Source of the DNA: Eledone cirrhosa
Lineage: Eukaryota
Assembly: GCA_964016885.1 (NCBI GenBank)
Contig: OZ024740.1
Span: forward strand, 73,408,001-73,472,000
Reading direction: 5' to 3'
DNA length: 64,000 nt
In this document: positions 57,822 through 64,000 of the stretch, in pieces
Position numbering within the stretch: position 1 is the first letter of the stretch
Layout of the letters: every line of letters starts with the position of its first letter
Notes under the pieces: generated by a model
What the model was told of the DNA's origin: nothing
The model's database searches: none
Seen by the model: the letters and a program-made list of their open reading frames with translations, nothing else
Program-made: the position numbers and the translations under genes

Positions 57822-59365
57822 TAGTTGACAAGAGAAACAATATCTAATTACAAAAGACCTAATACCAATTATTCACAAAAATGAAGAAAGAAATGAGCAG
57901 AAAATGATAAAAAAGCGAATTCCATTTTCACAACGAAATTTCTTTTAAATATCAACCATAATAATACTCAGGGTATATATATCTGTGTCTGTAATTCTTT
58001 AAAATTTACACACAAACTTACACAGTGTATTTCCTATTTCAGTCATGTTGCTATAATAAAAAAAAGTTTGTTTTCCATTTAAATGTAGGTGCTAACCCTA
58101 TATTTGTCCCTGTAAATAGTGATTTCTCAAAAGTTATTCACACATTTAATCCTGTTTGACATTTGTACATACATACTAAACATTTATGTAATTATATACT
58201 AGCAATATATTATTTCTAGCATAATATCAGAACCAGCAGGCTTAATTGTGAACTGTTATGATATCTATATGGATAGAAAATTAAAGACAGTTATTATCAT
58301 TATTTTGTGATTAAGCTTTAACCCTTTAGCATTTACATTACTCTATATTTACTATTGTATTTTCATGGTAAAGGCTTTATCTCACATAATATTGAATCTA
58401 CGAGATTTTGATATTATTTCTGTTGTGAACAATACCTTAACATCAGTATGAGTGGCAAGTTACGGCCAGTTTGAACCGAAAGAGGTGAGAGAATTCTCTG
58501 ATCATTTATTTTTACATTGGCCACCCCACAATCACTATCACCATCACCATATCCATCATTACTATCATCACTATCATCATCATTTTATGACTGTTGTCTT
58601 AGCCTGAGTCAGTACTTATTCCACATTACTGCTCTCCAAAATAGTTCGGGGAACCATTTTACACTCATATGTTCCAAATTTTGGCATGGTTTATACAGAT
58701 AGATGCCCTTCTTAACATCAGCCACTTTACAGAGAGTACTAAGTGTATTTTATCATGGCACCAGCACTGGAGAGGTTTTCATGTCCTTAACAAGACAAAA
58801 GAATCCCCTCTATTCTATATATTTTAAATTAATATTGAGCAGTTAAATTGTTTTGTCAAAGAACTCTTGTAATGAAATAACCATTACAATGCCACAGTAG
58901 CTAAAAACAGTAACAGTGGTAGATATAGATGAAATATAAATGAACTGATTGAGAAAAACAAAAATAACTTTATAGCTAACCGGTATAAAGATATAATATA
59001 TAAACTGGGAAATTTGTATTTTTATAAATTAATGTATGCATAAAAGAAACCCTATAGTTTATGTTGCTTACTGACACATGGAAGTGATTAAAGATAATGA
59101 TATTTTAATAATATATTTCTAGAATGATATTTTAATAATATATTTCTAGGATATAATTATATATATTATTCAACATGTTTGTACAAATGACATACAGGAT
59201 TAAATGTATGTGTAACTATTTACAGGGAGAACTGTAGGATTAGAACTCACAACCTTTTGATTGAAAAATGACTTCCTATTGTAGCAACATGACTAAAGTA
59301 GGAAATGCACTGTATGTGTGTGTTTATGTTTGTGCATGTAAATTTTAAAGAGTTATAGACAGATA

Positions 59366-59703
59366 TCATCATCATCATTTTTATGTCCGCTTTTCCCTGC
59401 TTGCAAGGGTGGGACGGGAACCGATTCTGGCTTGATTTCTACAGCTGGATGCCCTTCCTAACACCAACCTCACATTTACAGTGAGTGCTGGGTGCTTTTT
59501 TGCCGTGGCACCTCCACGTCCACTTTGCAGTGGGATGATATGAACCCCAGTCCCTATCATCTCATTTCTACAGCTGAGTAAACTGGAGCAATGTGAAATA
59601 AAGTGTCTTGCTCAAGGAAACAACACATCACCCAGTCTGAGAATTGAACTCACAACCTTTCGATTGCAAAGCCAATGCTCTAACCACTAAGCCATGTGCC
59701 TCC
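59366..59703 (-). mobile_element. tRNA-headed SINE with RTE-derived 3' tail
   Basis: Head GGAGGCACATGGCTTAGTGGTTAGAGC...GAGTTCAATTC. Tail shares ctggatgcccttcctaacaccaacc and (GAT)n with the RTE LINE. Other copies at 54497-54745, 62717-63113 and 63511-63693. Confidence 0.8.
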
Positions 59704-59896
59704 ATATATAAATATATAAATAAATATACAAACACACACAGCATATTATTATGGTTATATATATATATAGCTCATTAGGTGGGTAACTTGTAGTTACTAG
59801 TGGTGACACTGGTTGAAGCACTCGATGCTGTTACTGTGTCCGTCTCTCATTAGGTTGTACTCCAGGTTTAAGGTGGCTGTAGTTTGCAGAGTGTAT

Positions 59897-60094
59897 CTTT
59901 ATTACATATTACAATTTATTTCCATATCGATCAGTTCAGGTTTGATCATACGATCGGATCCCGACTCTTAATCAACACTTCTTCAGATATGAAAGTTTAC
60001 ATGGGACCATCCATGTAAACTCTCATGTCTGATCCGATCGCATGATCAAACCCGAGCTGATCAATATGGAAACAAATTGTAATATGTAATAAAG
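59897..60094. mobile_element. Fold-back element with hammerhead on the minus strand (59905-59991)
   Basis: Palindrome. CAUAU-CUGAAGA-AGUGUUGAUUA...UGAUCGAUAUG-GAAAU-AAAUU-GUA/AUAUG. The right arm lacks about 24 nt of core and stem II. Confidence 0.75.
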
Positions 60095-61399
60095 TTTACA
60101 AAAAGCTGCAATTCTTATTGTCACTTGTTGGTGAATTGCCACCACCACACCCTTTTTTTTCTTCTTTTTCCTTCTTTCTTTCCTTTATCATTTTTGTTCA
60201 TGATTTTATATTTGTTGTTATATATCTATATATTTAAAACATATTTGCAATGTTATTCTACTGTAAATTTATACAACTGTAATAAAATATTTGATATATT
60301 AAAAAAAAAAAGTTAAATAAATCATTATAATTTGTGGTGTAATAGTTTTACCAAGTCTAGCATGAATTGGATAGATTTCCAGATTTTCATGTGATATTTC
60401 CTGGTGACCAAACCTAAAGTTATTTCATCTGTAAGCCCAAACTCTCTCTACTACTACTATTACTACTATGACAGCTTCACACAATAAATGTCGTCAGTTC
60501 ACATTACTTTACCATCGTATATCCATCTATAATAACCACACACTTCACTCTCAGGTGACATTTATATTATTAATACTCAATCCATCTTTCAATTTTTATG
60601 TTGTCCATCATAATCACCATATTCCTCTCCAGTTATAAAAAAATGTCCTCTTATATAACTACCTGTTTTATGGCAGCTTGTCAGTTCTCACTGATTATTT
60701 ACCATCTAAATCGGATGAAAGCATGGCAGCATGGAAATCATCATCATCATTTAATGTCTGGTTTTCCACACTCAAATGGGTTGGATGGGTTGTCATGGTC
60801 CATGACAAAACATGTTAGAGAGACCTCATCTTGCTCATAAGTTCCATATTTAAACTGTTTTTTTTTATGGCTGGGTGCCCTTCCTAATGACAAACACTTT
60901 ACGGGGTACATTTTGTTGTGGCACCAGCACTATCATTATTACAAGATGAAAACTAGGTATATTTTATCATGACACCAGCACTACAACTCTAGAGAGTGTA
61001 CTGGGTGCATTTTATCATGGCACTACCACTACCCCTTTACAGAGTGTAGCAGGTGTATTTTATTGTAGCACCAGCACTACCACTTTACAGAATGTACTGC
61101 ATGCATTCTATCATGGCACCATCACTACCACTTTACAGAGTGTATTGTGTGCATTTTATCGTGGCACCATAACTACCACTTTAATGGAAACTATGTGGAA
61201 GCCCATTAGATGGACTGTACCTGTAATTCATAGATCCAGCTTTGTCACTCATTGTGCTACACTAATTTGGCATAGGAATTTCATTAAGGGTACACGTGTT
61301 TGTGGAATACTCCACCAGTTACATATTAATTCACGATTTGGATGTTGACTTGATTGAACAACCAAATGATCATCACTAAAACACACCCACACATATATA

Positions 61400-61590
61400 T
61401 AAGGGTTAGCAGAAAAGTTCAAAAGAGTGATGCTAAAGCTGTGAAATCTTGCATGTACTAGGTATTAATTTCAACTTTTTATTAATAACTACATTGTTTC
61501 TTTCCAGGGATTATGTTGAAAAATAAACCCCATTTGGTCATTCCATGAGAGTATCTTGGTCAGCCTTTGAACTTTTTAGTTAACTCTGTA
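61400..61590. mobile_element. Decayed mariner-type MITE
   Basis: Imperfect TIRs agggttagcagaaaagttcaaa / tttgaactttttagttaactctg, flanked by TA. Confidence 0.5.
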
Positions 61591-63110
61591 TATATCAGGC
61601 TTCCATCCAGATTCTATCTACCAAATCCATTGGTCAACCAGAGGCTGGGCAAAGTGCTACAGAGAGGAATAGAACTTGAAACCATATGGTTGTGAAGGTT
61701 GTGAAGCAAACTTTTCAACTACACAGCCATACCGGCACTTTTATTAACTTTAAGAATATATATCTTCTTCTGTACACTGCATCCCTAGTATTAATTAAGT
61801 TATCTAAATAACGAGACTTAAGAATTAGCATGATATTCAAGCAGACAGAACAATGTATCACCTTTAATAATTAGAAGTTGTCAGTGTCGCACCAGTGCAT
61901 GTAGCAATGTTCATAACTGTCTTTTATCTTTCAATCTTACTAGTTACCACACACCAGGTTCACACATTCAACAACCAATCATATCTTTTCTCTAAGCAAG
62001 ACCTACTGTGGTTGTTGTTGTTTCTTCTACAGCTAAGGTAATATTAGATACATTGTAGCAATGCTGAAAATATGCACAACGTGCAACCTATACAAAATAT
62101 GTGCACAATTTTTTGTTGTGTGTGCATGCGTGTGTGTGTGTTTTGATATACAACTGGGTAAAAGAGTACTCAATACATGTAGTTGAATTTATTTACTTGT
62201 TCAAAGTTAATGATTCACTCCATCACTACATACACACACATATATACACACACATACACACATCATCAATATCATTATTATTTAACATCTGTTTCCCAAG
62301 TTAGCAATGATTAGATGGGTCATCTAAGCAAGTGGTGCCACTGCCCTCTCATATAGGTTAGAAGTTACAACTTACATACATTCTATACTTTACCGAGTGT
62401 ACTGGGTGTTGTATATTGTAGCACTAGGGAGGTTGTCATATTTTTGACATAACTGAAGAGCCCTCTCTGCCCTTTATTTGACAAGTTTTCTACAGCTGTA
62501 TGCCTTTCTTATCACCATCACTTTAAAGAGTGTTCTGAGTATATGTTTCATCATGACACCAATACTAGAGAGGTTGTACTCTTGACACAAGTGATGTGTC
62601 CTCTGGACTCTGTTTGTTTGGTAGGTTTTCTATGACTGGACGTCCTTCTGAATGCCAATCACATTACAGAGTGTACTGGGTGCATTTTATCACGTGTGTG
62701 TGTATGAGTATATATATCATCATCATCAGCGTTTTACGTTCGTTCTTCCATGCTGGCATGGGTTAGACGGGTTGTCTTGCTCATACGGGAACTGATTCTG
62801 GCTTGATTTCTACAGTTGGATGCCGTTCCTAACACCAACCTCATTTACAGTGAGTGCTTTTTTCCATGGCGCCTACACGTCCACTTTACAGTGTGGGCTG
62901 GGTGCTTTTTTTGCCGTGGCACCTCTGCGACCACTTTGCAGTGGAATGATAGGAACCCCAGTCCTATCATCTCATTTCTACAGCTGAGTAAACTGGAGCA
63001 ATGTGAAATAAAGTGTCTTGCTCAAGGAAACAACACATCACCCGGTCCGAGAATTGAACTCACAACCTTTTGATTGCAAGCCCAATGCTCTAACCACTAA
63101 GCCATGTGCC

Positions 63111-63182
<72 letters not shown>

Positions 63183-64000
63183 CATATATCGTCATTTAAC
63201 ATCTGATTTCCTTGCTATTGAGGGTTGGACAGGTACTGAAGTGGGGCTACTAATCTCCCAGACAGGCCAGGGAAGAGGGGGTTTATGTCTCACTTACGTA
63301 CGGTCTCATATTCTACTGAGTGCACAGGAAAAGCTGTCATGTATTTGACACAACTGAAGGGTCCTCTCAACCCTTTTTAGGCATGCTTTCTACAGCGTGG
63401 TGCCCTTCCTGTCACCAACCACTTTTCAGAGTGACACCAATGCTAGAAAGAGTGTTGGTCCTTGTCCCAACAAAAGAACTCTCATTGCTCTGTGGAGGGA
63501 GGCATATCCTCATCATCATCATCATTTTACGTCCGCTTTTCCCTGCTTGCAAGGGTGGGACAGGAACTGATTCTGACTTGATTTCTACAGGTGGATGCCC
63601 TTCCTAACACCAACCTCATTTACAGTGAGTGGTCGGTGCTTTTTTTCCGTGGCGCCTACACGACCACTTTGCAGTGGAATGATAGGGACCCCAGAATATA
63701 ACAAAACTTAAAGGTTCTTAGATAAATATAAACGCTTTAAAATAAACAGTTTTGTATTGTAGAACTAGGTATAGTTTCAGGTAGTTTGGTATCAAAATGA
63801 TTACAGAATATGAGAAACATTAACAGATTTCATATATTTCATAATAGCTTTGTTGTTTCAATATTTTATTTTCATTAACTTCAATACCAAAGCCACTAGT
63901 TGAAAACTACCTGAAACCACCCCAGTTCTGTTTATTTTAAGATGTTTTTTTTTATTTATCTAAAAGTCTTCAATCATAACTTTATGTAAGAATCTTTGTT

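Overview
AT-rich, repeat-dense animal genomic DNA. The repeat landscape looks cephalopod/Octopus-like, which is an inference. Almost all long ORFs in the track are microsatellite or minisatellite artefacts. Host coding content I can support is two small minus-strand exons of a TBC1D13-like Rab-GAP gene (39855-39936 and 34790-34847). Transposon content includes a 5'-truncated CR1-like LINE with an open RT frame, RTE LINE fragments and their partner SINEs, many tRNA-headed SINEs, MITEs, a decayed CRE-like LINE fragment and a clean non-autonomous Helitron. The main hidden signal is about a dozen dispersed Penelope-like element (PLE) termini next to (TA)n tracts. Most carry a type I hammerhead ribozyme, two retain GIY-YIG C-terminal coding remnants, and many are fold-back inverted repeats, from about 110 bp up to a 5-kb palindrome (44069-49106) with the Helitron in one arm. 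All structures and translations were read by eye and need computational confirmation.
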